Assembly (NCBI GenBank): GCA_036336695.1 | Contig: JAYZFQ010000109.1 | Span: 8,619-72,618, forward strand | Length of the DNA stretch: 64,000 nt | DNA from: Myxococcota bacterium | GTDB taxonomy: Bacteria > Myxococcota_A > UBA9160 > SMWR01 | Reading direction: 5' to 3' | In this document: one piece after another, positions 17,892 to 27,820 of the stretch | How the letters are laid out: each line of letters starts with the position of its first letter | Numbering within the stretch: the stretch's first letter is position 1 | The notes under the pieces: model-generated | The model's input: the letters and a program-made list of their open reading frames with translations, nothing else | The model's database searches: none | Told to the model about the DNA's origin: nothing | Made by a program: the position numbers and the translations under genes

Positions 17892-18752
17892 TCAGTCCGG
17901 GAGGAGGATTTCTCCGGGGCGCATCCGCGCTGCGATCTCGTCGACCGTCCAGAGACCGCCGTCCTCTTGCTTCGTGACCCCCGTGTGGGTGACGACCTTC
18001 ATCTCGGCGATCCGACCCCCGCCGACATAGTAGGTCTTGCCCGTCAACTCGGCGGCCAGGTCACTCGCCAGGTAGGCCACCAGGGGGGAGACGAGTTTCG
18101 GGTCCATCCGCGCCTTGAGGGAATCGTCGAAGCCCGGGAGATCACTCGTCAGCCGGGTGTAGGCCACGGGCGCCAGGATATGCACCCGGATGCCGTACTT
18201 GACACCCTCGATCGCGAGGCAACGAGACATCCCGGCGATTCCCGCCTTTGCCGCGCCGTAGTTCGCCTGGCCGAAATTCCCGTTGAGCCCGGACGTCGAG
18301 GACGTGTTGATGATCACGCCACCGCCGCCGTGTTCCTTCATGTGCCCGTACACGGCGTGGGTAACGCAATAGGTCCCCTTGAGGTGAACCTGGACCACGA
18401 TGTCCCAGAGATCTTCCGTCGTGTTCGCGAAACTCTTGTCCCGGAGAATGCCCGCGTTGTTGACCAGGATGTCGATCCTGCCAAAGGCGTCGAGCGCGGA
18501 CTGGAGAATCGACTGCCCGCCCTCCACCGTGGCGACCGAGTCGTAGTTCGCCGCCGCCTCGCCCCCCGCCGCGCGAATCTCGTCGACGACTGTGTCCGCC
18601 ATGGCGCTGCCGCCGCCGCTGCCGTCTCGCGCGCCGCCGAGGTCGTTCACCACGACCGCCGCACCCTCGCGGGCCAGGAACAACGCATGCTCGCGCCCGA
18701 TCCCACCGCCCGCTCCCGTTACGATCGCCACCTTGCCGTCGAGTAAACCCAT
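17892..18752 (-). CDS. Short-chain dehydrogenase (MFE-2/3-hydroxyacyl-CoA dehydrogenase-like)
   Basis: TGAGGGIG, VVVNDLGG, NNAGILRD, GNFGQANYGAAK. Confidence 0.92.
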   Translation of the reverse strand: MGLLDGKVAIVTGAGGGIGREHALFLAREGAAVVVNDLGGARDGSGGGSAMADTVVDEIRAAGGEAAANYDSVATVEGGQSILQSALDAFGRIDILVNNAGILRDKSFANTTEDLWDIVVQVHLKGTYCVTHAVYGHMKEHGGGGVIINTSSTSGLNGNFGQANYGAAKAGIAGMSRCLAIEGVKYGIRVHILAPVAYTRLTSDLPGFDDSLKARMDPKLVSPLVAYLASDLAAELTGKTYYVGGGRIAEMKVVTHTGVTKQEDGGLWTVDEIAARMRPGEILLPD

Positions 18753-18783
18753 GCGGTTATGTAACCGCGCCGGGGAACGGGCT

Positions 18784-19644
18784 TCAAGCGTTTCCGAAGA
18801 GAATGGTGCGAAAGCGGCCAAACGGGGCGAAACCGAGGCCTGCGTAGAGCCGCTCACCGGGCGTGTTTCCGTCGACCACGCTGAGTTGCACGTGGTCGGC
18901 GCCCTCGGCGAAGGCCTCCCGACACAGCGCGGCGACCCCGGCACGGGCCATCCCCCGACCGCGAGCCTCCGGCCAGGTGTAGACCCCCTGAAGCAGCCAG
19001 CCCTCGCGGCGCTGGACGTCGGCATACCCGACGAAAACGACCCGTCCGCCCGCTTCGACGACCCGGGCCCGCCGCAAGCGGCCCCGCACCCAGCGACGCC
19101 CGCCGACCGGGTCGTCGGAGAACGGGTCCGGACGCCCCTCTTCGCGGAGACTCTCCCGGGCGGCAACGACCAGGGCATCCAGGTCGTCCTCCGTTGCCGG
19201 TCGCGCCGGCGGCGCCTCCGAGCCGGGAAACCCCTGGCGCCCCGCCTGGGCCGAGAGGACGTAGGCCGTTTCGGTCCGGTCGAGGAGGGGGCGCCGCGGC
19301 GCGCGCCGCTGCAGATGCCGCCACAGCACGTCGGCGCTGCGTTCGTGGCTCTTCACCAGCCCCACGCCCAGGGTTTCGATCAGGGGGAGGAAGGCCTCGA
19401 CAACCCCGTCGTCGGCCTCGATGTCGAAGACGACGTTCGGCCGGAGGCCGGCCACCGCCGCAACGCGCCGCCCCGACCAGAGCACGCCGACCTCGGGGCG
19501 CAACTCGCTGGGGGCGGGGCGGCGGCCGATCCGGTCCGTCATGTCCATCAGGACCAGATTGCCGAGCGGGTCGGCAGCGAGGTGTTCGAGGACATCCCCG
19601 CGTTGCCCGCGACGCACGAGTTCCGCTTCCACGGCCTCGTCCAC
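18784..19644 (-). CDS. GNAT-family N-acetyltransferase
   Basis: GVYTWPEARGRGMA acetyl-CoA loop; N....LY..LGF; start uncertain. Confidence 0.8.
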   Translation of the reverse strand: MDEAVEAELVRRGQRGDVLEHLAADPLGNLVLMDMTDRIGRRPAPSELRPEVGVLWSGRRVAAVAGLRPNVVFDIEADDGVVEAFLPLIETLGVGLVKSHERSADVLWRHLQRRAPRRPLLDRTETAYVLSAQAGRQGFPGSEAPPARPATEDDLDALVVAARESLREEGRPDPFSDDPVGGRRWVRGRLRRARVVEAGGRVVFVGYADVQRREGWLLQGVYTWPEARGRGMARAGVAALCREAFAEGADHVQLSVVDGNTPGERLYAGLGFAPFGRFRTILFGNA

Positions 19645-19648
19645 CGCC

Positions 19649-19864
19649 TCAGTCGATGACCGCGAGGACGTCCCCTTCCTCGATCGAGTCACCTTCGGCA
19701 ACGCGAATCTCGCTGAGCGTTCCGCCGCAGGGAGACTCCACGGGAATCTCCATTTTCATCGACTCGAGGATGAGAATCACGTCCTCTTCCGCCACCGGGT
19801 CGCCGGCTGCCTTTTCGATCTTCCAGACATTGCCCGCGATCTGCGCTTCGACTTGCGTCGGCAT
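19649..19864 (-). CDS. Stand-alone biotin carboxyl carrier (biotinyl domain) protein
   Basis: ILESMKMEIPV biotinylation motif; 71 aa; GAGGGG RBS. Confidence 0.9.
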   Translation of the reverse strand: MPTQVEAQIAGNVWKIEKAAGDPVAEEDVILILESMKMEIPVESPCGGTLSEIRVAEGDSIEEGDVLAVID

Positions 19865-19944
19865 CGGTCCCCCTCGTGATCTTGCGGCGCCCATGTTGCA
19901 CGCGCACGCGGCACACGGCAAGCAACGCTATCCTCGGCGGGTCG

Positions 19945-21453
19945 ATGCTCGAAACCTTGACACGCGGGTTCACGGCTGCACGCGAGCGCCTGTCCGGCGT
20001 GCAGTCCCTGAGCGACGAAAACGTCGACGAAGCGCTCCGGGACGTCCGCATGTCCCTCCTCGAGGCCGACGTCGACCTCGCCATCGTCAAGAGCTTCCTC
20101 GGTCGGGTCAAGGAACGCTCCCTCGGAGAGAAGATCGCAACCCGGGTGCGCGACGCCTCGGGCCGCCGCATCCGGATCACCCCCGGGCAGCACTTCGTCA
20201 AGACGTGCGAGGAAGAACTCGCGGCCCTGATGGGACCCGTCGATCCGGAACTCGCGCGGGGTCCGAACGGCGTGACCTCGGTCATGCTCCTGGGGCTCCA
20301 GGGCGTCGGCAAGACGACGGTCGCGGCGAAACTGGCCCGGCTGCTCCAGGAAGAGAAGGGCCGCCCCCTGCTGGTCGCGGCCGACGTCTATCGCCCGGCC
20401 GCCGTGCTCCAGCTCCAGCAACTGGGAGAGCGCATCGACGTCGCGGTCCACGCGGGAGCCGAGGGCGAGCCGCCGGCGTCGATCTGTGCCGCGGCGGCGG
20501 AACGCGTGGGGAGCGAGGGCTTCGACGCGGTGATCTACGACACCGCCGGGCGCCTGGCCATCGACGACGAACTCATGGTCGAATTGGAGGCGATCGAGAC
20601 CGCCACCACCCCGGCCAACCGACTCCTCGTCTGCGATGCCCTGATGGGCCGGGACGCCGTCAACGTGGCCCAGAGCTTTGCGGAACGCATTTCCCTGGAC
20701 GGCCTGGTGCTGACCAAACTCGATGGCGACGCCCGGGGCGGGGCCGCCCTGGCCGTCAAGGAAGTCACGGGCGTCCCGGTCAAGTTCATCGGAACCGGCG
20801 AAGCCCTCGAAAACCTCGAACCCTTTCGCCCGGAGGGCCTGGCCTCGCGCATTCTCGGCATGGGCGATGTCGTCGGGCTCGTTCGCGATTTCGAGAAGGT
20901 CGCAGACGAAAAAGAAGCCGAGGAAGATGCGGAACGGCTCCTCAAGGGCAAGTTCGGCCTCGACGACCTGCTCAAGCAACTTCGGCTCATCCAGAAGATG
21001 GGACCCATGCGGGAGGTGCTGTCCAAGCTGCCCATGTTCGGCTCCCTCGCCGAGCAGGTGGACGAAACCCAACTCGTGAAGGTCGAGTCCCTCATCCATT
21101 CGATGACGCCGGCCGAACGGTCACAACCGGACCTGATCGACCGGAGCCGCGCCAAGCGGATTGCACGGGGCAGCGGCCGGCGCTCGTCGGACGTGAACGA
21201 ACTCATCGAACGCTTCGAGCAGATGCGGGGAATGATGTCGGCACTCGGCTCGGGCGGGAAGCTCTCCAAGATCCCGGGCCTCGGCCAGCTGTCCGGAGCG
21301 GGCATGCCCGGCGGGATGGACCCGATGGCAATGCTCTCGGGTCTCGGGGAGAACGAAGGGCCGGGAGTTCGCGCCCAGGCCAAGAAGAGAGCCAAACAGC
21401 GGGGGAAGCGGAAGCAGGCGCGCAAGGCGCGGCGGAAGAATCGACGGCGCTAG
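19945..21453 (+). CDS. ffh: Signal recognition particle protein
   Basis: LLEADV, GLQGVGKTT, DVYRPAA, DTAGR, TKLDGDARGG, Met-rich M domain. Confidence 0.97.
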   Translation: MLETLTRGFTAARERLSGVQSLSDENVDEALRDVRMSLLEADVDLAIVKSFLGRVKERSLGEKIATRVRDASGRRIRITPGQHFVKTCEEELAALMGPVDPELARGPNGVTSVMLLGLQGVGKTTVAAKLARLLQEEKGRPLLVAADVYRPAAVLQLQQLGERIDVAVHAGAEGEPPASICAAAAERVGSEGFDAVIYDTAGRLAIDDELMVELEAIETATTPANRLLVCDALMGRDAVNVAQSFAERISLDGLVLTKLDGDARGGAALAVKEVTGVPVKFIGTGEALENLEPFRPEGLASRILGMGDVVGLVRDFEKVADEKEAEEDAERLLKGKFGLDDLLKQLRLIQKMGPMREVLSKLPMFGSLAEQVDETQLVKVESLIHSMTPAERSQPDLIDRSRAKRIARGSGRRSSDVNELIERFEQMRGMMSALGSGGKLSKIPGLGQLSGAGMPGGMDPMAMLSGLGENEGPGVRAQAKKRAKQRGKRKQARKARRKNRRR

Positions 21454-21519
21454 CTCCATTCCCCGCGGGGAGACTCGCGGGGCCGTGGCCCGTTCATGTT
21501 CCACCGGCCTGCAGCCGAT

Positions 21520-21604
21520 CCGGGAAAGGTCCATGCACCGCAACGCAATCGACGTCCGGCGGGGATTCCGGCCGGCCCGGGAAAGGTCCATGCACCGCAA
21601 CGCA
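21520..21604 (+). repeat. 28-bp direct repeat duplicating an RBS, ATG and first codons
   Basis: CCGGGAAAGGTCCATGCACCGCAACGCA at 21520-21547 and 21577-21604; 57-nt period, in frame. Confidence 0.95.
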
Positions 21605-23758
21605 CTCGTCCTGTCCTTGCTCCTGATCGCCACGACCGCCTCGGCAAGCGAAACCGACCCCTTCCCCCTCCCCGTCGAACTGGAACCCAACGTCCGGTTC
21701 TGGACCCGGATCTACACCGACGTACCGAGCGCGGCCGGTCTGCTCCACGACTCGGTCGAGTTGGACGTGGTGTACGAAACCCTCCACTTCCCCGAGGGCC
21801 TGTCGCGGCGCGCCCGTGACCGGAAGGTCGAGCGGGCGAAGAAGAAGACGCGGGCGATCCTGCGGCAACTCGCCAAGGGCAAGCGAACCGGCCTCAGCGC
21901 CGACGAAGCGCGTGTACTCGGACGCTGGCCCGAGGGCGTGACCGACAAAACCCTGGCGCGCGCCGCACGCCGCCTACGCTTCCAGCGGGGCCTCTCGGAT
22001 CGTTTCTACGAGGGCCTCGTACGCTCGGGCCAGTGGTCGGCCGAAATCGAGCGGACTCTCGCGGAACACGGCGTGCCCCGAGAGCTGGTGGCGCTGCCCC
22101 ACGTGGAGTCTTCGTTCAACCCGCGGGCCTACTCGAGAATCGGTGCCGCGGGCATCTGGCAGTTCACACGCTCCACCGGGCGGCTCTACATGCGCGTCGA
22201 CCATGTCGTCGACGAACGGATGAACCCCGAGCGCGCGACCGTCGGCGCAGCGAAACTGCTCCGAGACAATCACGCGCGGGTCGATTCCTGGCCCCTGGCC
22301 ATTACGGGCTACAACCACGGCATTTCCGGCATGGAGCGGGCCGTCCGCAAGCTTCGCACCCGAGACATCGGCGTGATCTCCCGGAACTACAAAGGCCGGA
22401 CCTTCGGGTTCGCCTCCAGAAACTTCTATGCGGAATTCGTCGCGGCATCCGCGGTTCACGAAAACCCGGAGCCCTACTTCGGCCGGGTCAACTACAAGGC
22501 GCCCCTCGTCTACGACCGACTCGTAACGGACGCGTACTACACGACCGGCACGCTCCAACATGCACTCGGCGTAGACCGCGTCACGCTGCGAGAGCACAAC
22601 CTCGCGCTCCGCCCGTCAGTCTGGAACGGCGCGAAGCTCGTGCCGAAGGGGTACACCGTGCGGGTTCCCCGACACGCCCTGGAACAGCCCGTCGAGTCGG
22701 TGCTGGCCCAGATTCCGGATCGCGAGCGGGTCTCCCGCCAGAAGCGGGACCGGTTCCACAAGGTGCGGCGCGGAGAATCCCTGTCGGTCATCGCCCGACG
22801 CTACGAGACGAGCCAGCGGGAACTCGTGCACCTGAACAACCTGCGGAGCCGGCACCGGATCCGCGCCGGCCAGATCCTCCGCCTGCCGACGGACGGCAGT
22901 GCCCCCATCGAAGTGGCGCGCGCCGAGCCCCCCGCAGACGGCATCTACCGGGTACGGCGGGGCGACAACCTCACCATCATCGCGGCGCGTTTCGGTGTGG
23001 ATGCCGACGCGATCGCGCGCTGGAACGGGTTGCGCAACCGGAACCGCCTCGCCATCGGGCAGCGCCTCCGCGTGGCCCAGACAGGGACGGTGGTCGCGAG
23101 CGCGCCCGAAGCCACCCGTTCCGACGCCGCGGTCGTGACACGGGCGGCACCGCCGCCGGCCTCGACCCCGCCGGTGAGCGAAGCACGTCCGCGTCGACAA
23201 AAATCCCAGTCCCCCGTCGCGCCCTCCGAACCGGCGGCCTCCGAACTACCCGCCGACGTAGCCGTCGTCGCGGTGGCTCCCCGGCCGGCGGAAGCCGTTC
23301 CCGATCCGTCCAACTACGCGGTAAGCGCCCGCGGGCGCGTCACGGTCCAGGCCGGGGAAACCCTGGGACACTATGCGGAATGGCTCGAGGTGAGCGCGAG
23401 CCGCCTGCGCCAACTGAACGGGATGCGCTATCGCGCGCCGCTCGTGATCGGCCGGACCAAGCGGCTCGATTTCAGCCGCGTCACGCCCGAGGTTTTCGAA
23501 CAGCGGCGGCTCGAGTACCACCGGGACCTCCAGGAGGAATTCTTCGACGCCTGGTCGGTGACCGGCACGACGAAGCACGTGATCCGGCGCGGAGACTCGC
23601 TCTGGTACCTGGCCAACGAGAAGTTCGAGGTCCCGATCTGGCTGCTTCGCCAGTACAACCCCGACCTGGACTTCGGCGCTCTTCCGGCGGGTGCCCAGCT
23701 CGTCGTCCCTCTCCTGGATTCGCAAGAGGCGCTCGGGCGCGTCACCGGCGCGGGCTAG
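21590..23758 (+). CDS. Lytic murein transglycosylase, MltD-like, with multiple LysM domains
   Basis: Signal peptide; LPHVESSFNP, AAGIWQF, GYNHG; LysM repeats HKVRRGESL, YRVRRGDNL, TVQAGETL, HVIRRGDSL. Alternative start 21533. Confidence 0.9.
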   Translation: MHRNALVLSLLLIATTASASETDPFPLPVELEPNVRFWTRIYTDVPSAAGLLHDSVELDVVYETLHFPEGLSRRARDRKVERAKKKTRAILRQLAKGKRTGLSADEARVLGRWPEGVTDKTLARAARRLRFQRGLSDRFYEGLVRSGQWSAEIERTLAEHGVPRELVALPHVESSFNPRAYSRIGAAGIWQFTRSTGRLYMRVDHVVDERMNPERATVGAAKLLRDNHARVDSWPLAITGYNHGISGMERAVRKLRTRDIGVISRNYKGRTFGFASRNFYAEFVAASAVHENPEPYFGRVNYKAPLVYDRLVTDAYYTTGTLQHALGVDRVTLREHNLALRPSVWNGAKLVPKGYTVRVPRHALEQPVESVLAQIPDRERVSRQKRDRFHKVRRGESLSVIARRYETSQRELVHLNNLRSRHRIRAGQILRLPTDGSAPIEVARAEPPADGIYRVRRGDNLTIIAARFGVDADAIARWNGLRNRNRLAIGQRLRVAQTGTVVASAPEATRSDAAVVTRAAPPPASTPPVSEARPRRQKSQSPVAPSEPAASELPADVAVVAVAPRPAEAVPDPSNYAVSARGRVTVQAGETLGHYAEWLEVSASRLRQLNGMRYRAPLVIGRTKRLDFSRVTPEVFEQRRLEYHRDLQEEFFDAWSVTGTTKHVIRRGDSLWYLANEKFEVPIWLLRQYNPDLDFGALPAGAQLVVPLLDSQEALGRVTGAG

Positions 23759-23761
23759 CCC

Positions 23762-24811
23762 TCAGGCCGACGCAGTGTCCGGCGCCGCCCCTCCGGGACG
23801 CAGCGCCAACTGGCCGCACGCGGCCTGGATGTCCGGCCCCCGGCTCCGACGCAGCGTGACGCGCAAGCCCGATGCCGCCACCTCCCGGAGGAAGCGGTCC
23901 ACGCGTGCCGCATCGGGCGGCCGCAGGTCGGAATCGGGATGCGGGTTCATGGGAATGAGGTTCAACTTCGCCGGGATCCCGCGCAGGAGAAGCGGCAGCC
24001 GCCGCGCGTCCGCGAGCGAATCGTTCACATCGGCGATGAGCGTGTATTCGAAGAACACCGGACGTCGGCGGTTCACCGTTTCCAGGCTGCGAAGCCGGTC
24101 GAGCAGCAGCTTCAGCGGAAAGCGCCGGTTGAGCGGCACCAGCCGGTCGCGCACGAGGTCCGTCGTCGCGTGGAGCGAGACGGCGAGGTGAATCGGTGCA
24201 ACCGCCAGCAGCTCGTCGAGCTTCGGAACGACGCCGACGGTCGACACGGTGATCCGCCGGGGCGCCAGGGCGAAGGCCTTGGGATGGACGAAGAGCCGGA
24301 TCGCCTCGAGAACCGCATCGAGATTGAGGAGCGGCTCCCCCATTCCCATGAAGACCAGGTTGGTGATCCGCCGTTCGGGCCCGCATAGTTCCCGCATCCG
24401 GCAGAGCTGGTCGACGATCTCCGCGGTCGCAAGGTTCCGGGTAAAGCCCAAGGCCCCCGTCGCGCAGAAGCTGCACGCCAGGGGACAACCCACCTGGGTG
24501 GACAGGCACAGGGTGTTGCGATCGTCTTCCGGGATCACGACCGCTTCGATGCGTGCCCCATCCCTGGCGCGCAGCACGGCCTTCAACGTCCCGTCGGTCG
24601 AGCGCTGTTCGCGTTCGACTTCCAGCGCGCGAACCTCCCAGCCCTCGGCCAGTTCCGCGCGGAGTTCGCGGGAAAGGTCCGTCATGTCCGCGAGTTCCTC
24701 CACGCCGCGGCCGTAGAGCCAACCCGCCACCTGGTCGGCCCGCCAGGGTTCCAGCCCGCGGGCCGCGAAAACGGCGCGCAGGGAATCGATGGAGTGGTCC
24801 TTCAGGTTCAT
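23762..24811 (-). CDS. rlmN: 23S rRNA/tRNA m2A methyltransferase (radical SAM)
   Basis: CLSTQVGCPLACSFCATG, MGMGEP, DIQAACGQL. Confidence 0.96.
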   Translation of the reverse strand: MNLKDHSIDSLRAVFAARGLEPWRADQVAGWLYGRGVEELADMTDLSRELRAELAEGWEVRALEVEREQRSTDGTLKAVLRARDGARIEAVVIPEDDRNTLCLSTQVGCPLACSFCATGALGFTRNLATAEIVDQLCRMRELCGPERRITNLVFMGMGEPLLNLDAVLEAIRLFVHPKAFALAPRRITVSTVGVVPKLDELLAVAPIHLAVSLHATTDLVRDRLVPLNRRFPLKLLLDRLRSLETVNRRRPVFFEYTLIADVNDSLADARRLPLLLRGIPAKLNLIPMNPHPDSDLRPPDAARVDRFLREVAASGLRVTLRRSRGPDIQAACGQLALRPGGAAPDTASA

Positions 24812-25464
24812 CACGACCCGGCGGGGCCGACGCCCGCGCGCCGCACGTAGGTGAAGAAGTGCAGCGGCCGATTCTCGGCGCGCCACTCGGCCTCGTAGGA
24901 CGTGCACGGCCGGCCCTCGGCTTCGCGGACCCAGCCCGTCCCGTGCTGGTTCTCCAGCGTCGGTTCCGCCGCAAGCACCTCGTCGATCGAGAGCGCGTAT
25001 TCGGGGTGGTCGGTGGCCACTTCGAGGAGTCCCTCGGTTTCGAGTGCCCGTGCCACGTCGCGGATGAACGCCGGCTGAACCAGCCGGCGGGAGGCGTGGC
25101 GTTTCTTCGGCCAGGGATCCGGGAAGTTGATCCAGCAGCGGTGGACCGAAGCTGCGGGAATGGCGCGCTCGAACACCGCCTGGGCCGGCGCGTGAACGAG
25201 CCGAACGTTTCCAAGCTCGGTGCGGGCCAGGCGACGCGCCATCTTCAGCACCCGTTTGCGGCTGTACTCGATGCCGAGGAAGCCGACACCCGCGTCCTTC
25301 TCGGCCAGCGCGTGCAGGAACTCCCCGCGCCCAAAGCCGACGTCCAGAACCAGCTTGGGAGGCGGTCCAGCCCCAAAGAGCGCGCACGGCCCCCGTCGCA
25401 CGAGTTCGTCGAAATCCACGCGCCAGTCGGTGCCGGGGATGTCCGTCTTCAGGGTTCTAGACAT
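24811..25464 (-). CDS. trmB: tRNA (guanine-N7)-methyltransferase
   Basis: DVGFGRG, NFPDPWPKKRH..RRL, ATDHPEY, TSYE. Confidence 0.92.
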   Translation of the reverse strand: MSRTLKTDIPGTDWRVDFDELVRRGPCALFGAGPPPKLVLDVGFGRGEFLHALAEKDAGVGFLGIEYSRKRVLKMARRLARTELGNVRLVHAPAQAVFERAIPAASVHRCWINFPDPWPKKRHASRRLVQPAFIRDVARALETEGLLEVATDHPEYALSIDEVLAAEPTLENQHGTGWVREAEGRPCTSYEAEWRAENRPLHFFTYVRRAGVGPAGS

Positions 25465-25510
25465 GAATGCTCTTGCCGAGACTCAGCCACCACGCCGCCG
25501 CCGCGGGTCA

Positions 25511-26305
25511 TCAGTTCCGCGCTCGCGTCAACAGCCGGACCCGGCGTTGGATGATCTCGAGCTTTCCACCGTCGTGGGTGGCGAGCCCACGGGTCCCATC
25601 GAGCCGCTGGAGTTCGACTCGCGTTGCCTGGATCCGGTCTTCGGTGGTCGGATGACTCGACAGAAACACGGGAACGCGAGCAGCGTCCGAACGAAGCAGG
25701 GCCTCGAAGAACGTCAGGAGCCCTTCCGGGTTCCAACCCGCCCGCACCATCACCGCGACGGCGAACGCGTCGGCCTCCGCCTCCGCCTCGCGACCGAAAG
25801 TGTTGAGCCACGTCGTCGCAGCGAGGCCGCCGCCCAGGGAAGCGGCCGATCCGGCAAGACCTCCCCCGAAAGCGCTGGCGCCCAGCGAAAGGATATCCGT
25901 GCCGATTCGCGCGTTGCGCGCCCGATTGTAGTTTTCCGCAATGTGACGCTTCTGGACGTGCGCCACCTCGTGAGCGAGCACACCCGCCAGTTCGCTCGCA
26001 TTCCGCGCACGCAGGATGGTCTCCGTGTGGATGTAGATGTGCCCCCCGGGACCGGCAAACGCGTTGATTTCGTCGGCCTGGACCACGGTGAAGCGGTAGT
26101 CGAAGGGCTGGGGCCCGGCTGCACGGACGATCCCCTCACCCATGTCGTCGATGTAGTCATCGACCACCCGGTCGTGAAGGATCGGGGCCTGGGAGCGCAT
26201 CTGTTGCTCGAACTGCTGTCCGAGTTGCTGCTCTTCGCTCAACGAGATCGGACCACAACCCAGCACGCAGAGCAACGCGCTCGCCCCGAGCAGCCGGCTA
26301 CGCAT
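25511..26305 (-). CDS. M48-family zinc metallopeptidase lipoprotein
   Basis: Lipobox VLGC; INAFAGPGG; AHEVAH; EAEAD; SHP. Confidence 0.9.
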   Translation of the reverse strand: MRSRLLGASALLCVLGCGPISLSEEQQLGQQFEQQMRSQAPILHDRVVDDYIDDMGEGIVRAAGPQPFDYRFTVVQADEINAFAGPGGHIYIHTETILRARNASELAGVLAHEVAHVQKRHIAENYNRARNARIGTDILSLGASAFGGGLAGSAASLGGGLAATTWLNTFGREAEAEADAFAVAVMVRAGWNPEGLLTFFEALLRSDAARVPVFLSSHPTTEDRIQATRVELQRLDGTRGLATHDGGKLEIIQRRVRLLTRARN

Positions 26306-27482
26306 CCCCATCGGGTTTCTCGCGCTGCCTGAGCGCCTCCATGGCGTGGCGGATGATCAGAAGAACGGACCGGTCGAAGGAGACATTGTCGACGATGGGA
26401 ACGTCGTGTTGGTCTGCGACATCGAGCAGGTGGTCCTGGATGCGCAGGATGTCGTCGAGATGTTTCAGGTAGCGATGCTCCGCTCTGCCCTGGGCCGACT
26501 TGGCACGAGAATCGAATCGCGCGGCGAATGCCTTCTCGTCCAGCGCCGCCACCACCATGAAGATCACGTCCGCCGACGCGGCGTAGGCACCGAGATCCAG
26601 CAGCCCTGGAACGATCGCGACGCCGTCGAGGACCAGGCTCGAGTTCTCCGCAACCGCCCGGTCGAGAGACGCCCGCGCACCGACACACACGCTGGCCGCC
26701 TGCGCTCGAAACCCTTCGACCACGGCATCGTCCCCCTCGGGAGCAGGATGGATTGCGCGCCCCGCGTCGTAGGAAGAGGCGTGAAGCGTCGGCACGAGAT
26801 CGCGCGAGAGCATGATGCGCATGATCTGGCGGATCGAATCCGTAGACAGCACACGCCCGATCCCGAGCCGGTGCGCCACCTCGAGGGCCAGGGACGTCTT
26901 CCCGACGCCGGTCGCCCCCCCGAGCAGGAGCAACAGCGGCCGACCGGATTCCTGGTGCCGGCGCCAGACGAGGTAGCGCTCGGCCGCAGCCGCCCCCGAC
27001 TTGTCGGCGAGTGTGCGGTGGGTGAGTTCGCGGAGGTCGTTGCGGTCGATTTCGCGACTGCCACGGGCGAGCACCGCGCGTTCGATCTCCCGGGCCACGT
27101 CGAACGCCTCGTTCGGGTCGAGCGCAGCCGCGAGGAGCGACTGGGACAGAAGACCCTTGGAGAACGGCGTTCGTCCCGCCCCCGTGACCTGGATGTCCGG
27201 CGTAAACGACACGGCATGTTCATCACCGAGGGTTTCCGCGCTCAACATCGAGCGGAGGCCCGCGGCCAGCTCGGACTTGTCCACGACCTCCCGGCCCCGG
27301 AGCGTTTCCCGCATGCGGTTGGCGAGACGGTAGGCATCCTCGAAACCCATCCCACGCGCCATGAGCGAGTGGACCATGATGCCGCGCATGAAGGGCCGCC
27401 GGCGCCCGCCGTCCTCGACCCAGATGCGAACCTGCCGATCGCGGGCGGCGCCGCTTCGCTGTTCCGGACCCTGCGACGCCAT
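26298..27482 (-). CDS. 2-phosphoglycerate kinase-like protein with two ATP-cone-like domains
   Basis: Two cone-like starts RPFMRGIMVHSL and TPFSKGLLSQSL; P-loop GGATGVGKT; STDSIRQIMR; LHASSY. Confidence 0.8.
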   Translation of the reverse strand: MASQGPEQRSGAARDRQVRIWVEDGGRRRPFMRGIMVHSLMARGMGFEDAYRLANRMRETLRGREVVDKSELAAGLRSMLSAETLGDEHAVSFTPDIQVTGAGRTPFSKGLLSQSLLAAALDPNEAFDVAREIERAVLARGSREIDRNDLRELTHRTLADKSGAAAAERYLVWRRHQESGRPLLLLLGGATGVGKTSLALEVAHRLGIGRVLSTDSIRQIMRIMLSRDLVPTLHASSYDAGRAIHPAPEGDDAVVEGFRAQAASVCVGARASLDRAVAENSSLVLDGVAIVPGLLDLGAYAASADVIFMVVAALDEKAFAARFDSRAKSAQGRAEHRYLKHLDDILRIQDHLLDVADQHDVPIVDNVSFDRSVLLIIRHAMEALRQREKPDGDA

Positions 27483-27607
27483 GATCGTGCAGGCTACCCC
27501 AGTGTCGAGAGCACCGCGAAAGGCAGCCGCGCCCCGGCTCCCGAGCACTTCCCGACGGGACGGGGGACCTCGCGGGCCTTGGGTCGAACCAACAAAGTCG
27601 CCTCGGG

Positions 27608-27635
27608 TTGACGCGGCGCACCGCCGCCCTACGAT
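27608..27635 (+). promoter_or_regulatory. Putative sigma70 promoter for the ParA-CBM operon
   Basis: TTGACG-16 nt-TACGAT, about 185 nt upstream of ATG 27821. Confidence 0.45.
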
Positions 27636-27820
27636 TCGTCCCGACGGACGGACGGGGGATCCGGGACCATGGCCGAACGAGGGCCGGGGTTGGTCCAGAC
27701 GCGGGGGGTCGTCGACTCTCCCGGTGTCTCGCGGTGCCAGTCACCCCACCCGGAGCGGGCCGCACTCGTTCCCCCCAACTCGCGCGCCCCTGGGGGGCAG
27801 GGAGCCCGGAGTTCCCGCCA

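Noticed and set aside
21520..21604. 28-bp repeat with a 29-bp spacer as a mini-CRISPR
   Set aside because: Only two copies, the repeat is an RBS plus start codon, and there is no leader or cas gene.
19194..21626. Long alternative-frame and antisense ORFs (e.g. 810 aa here; also 8446-10632, 15188-17554, 44862-47153)
   Set aside because: Arg/Pro/Gly-rich shadow ORFs typical of high-GC DNA, overlapping well-supported genes.
26298..27482. 2PG-kinase homolog as the missing F420 lactate kinase (CofB)
   Set aside because: It lies about 22 kb from the cof genes with no sequence evidence for lactate specificity.
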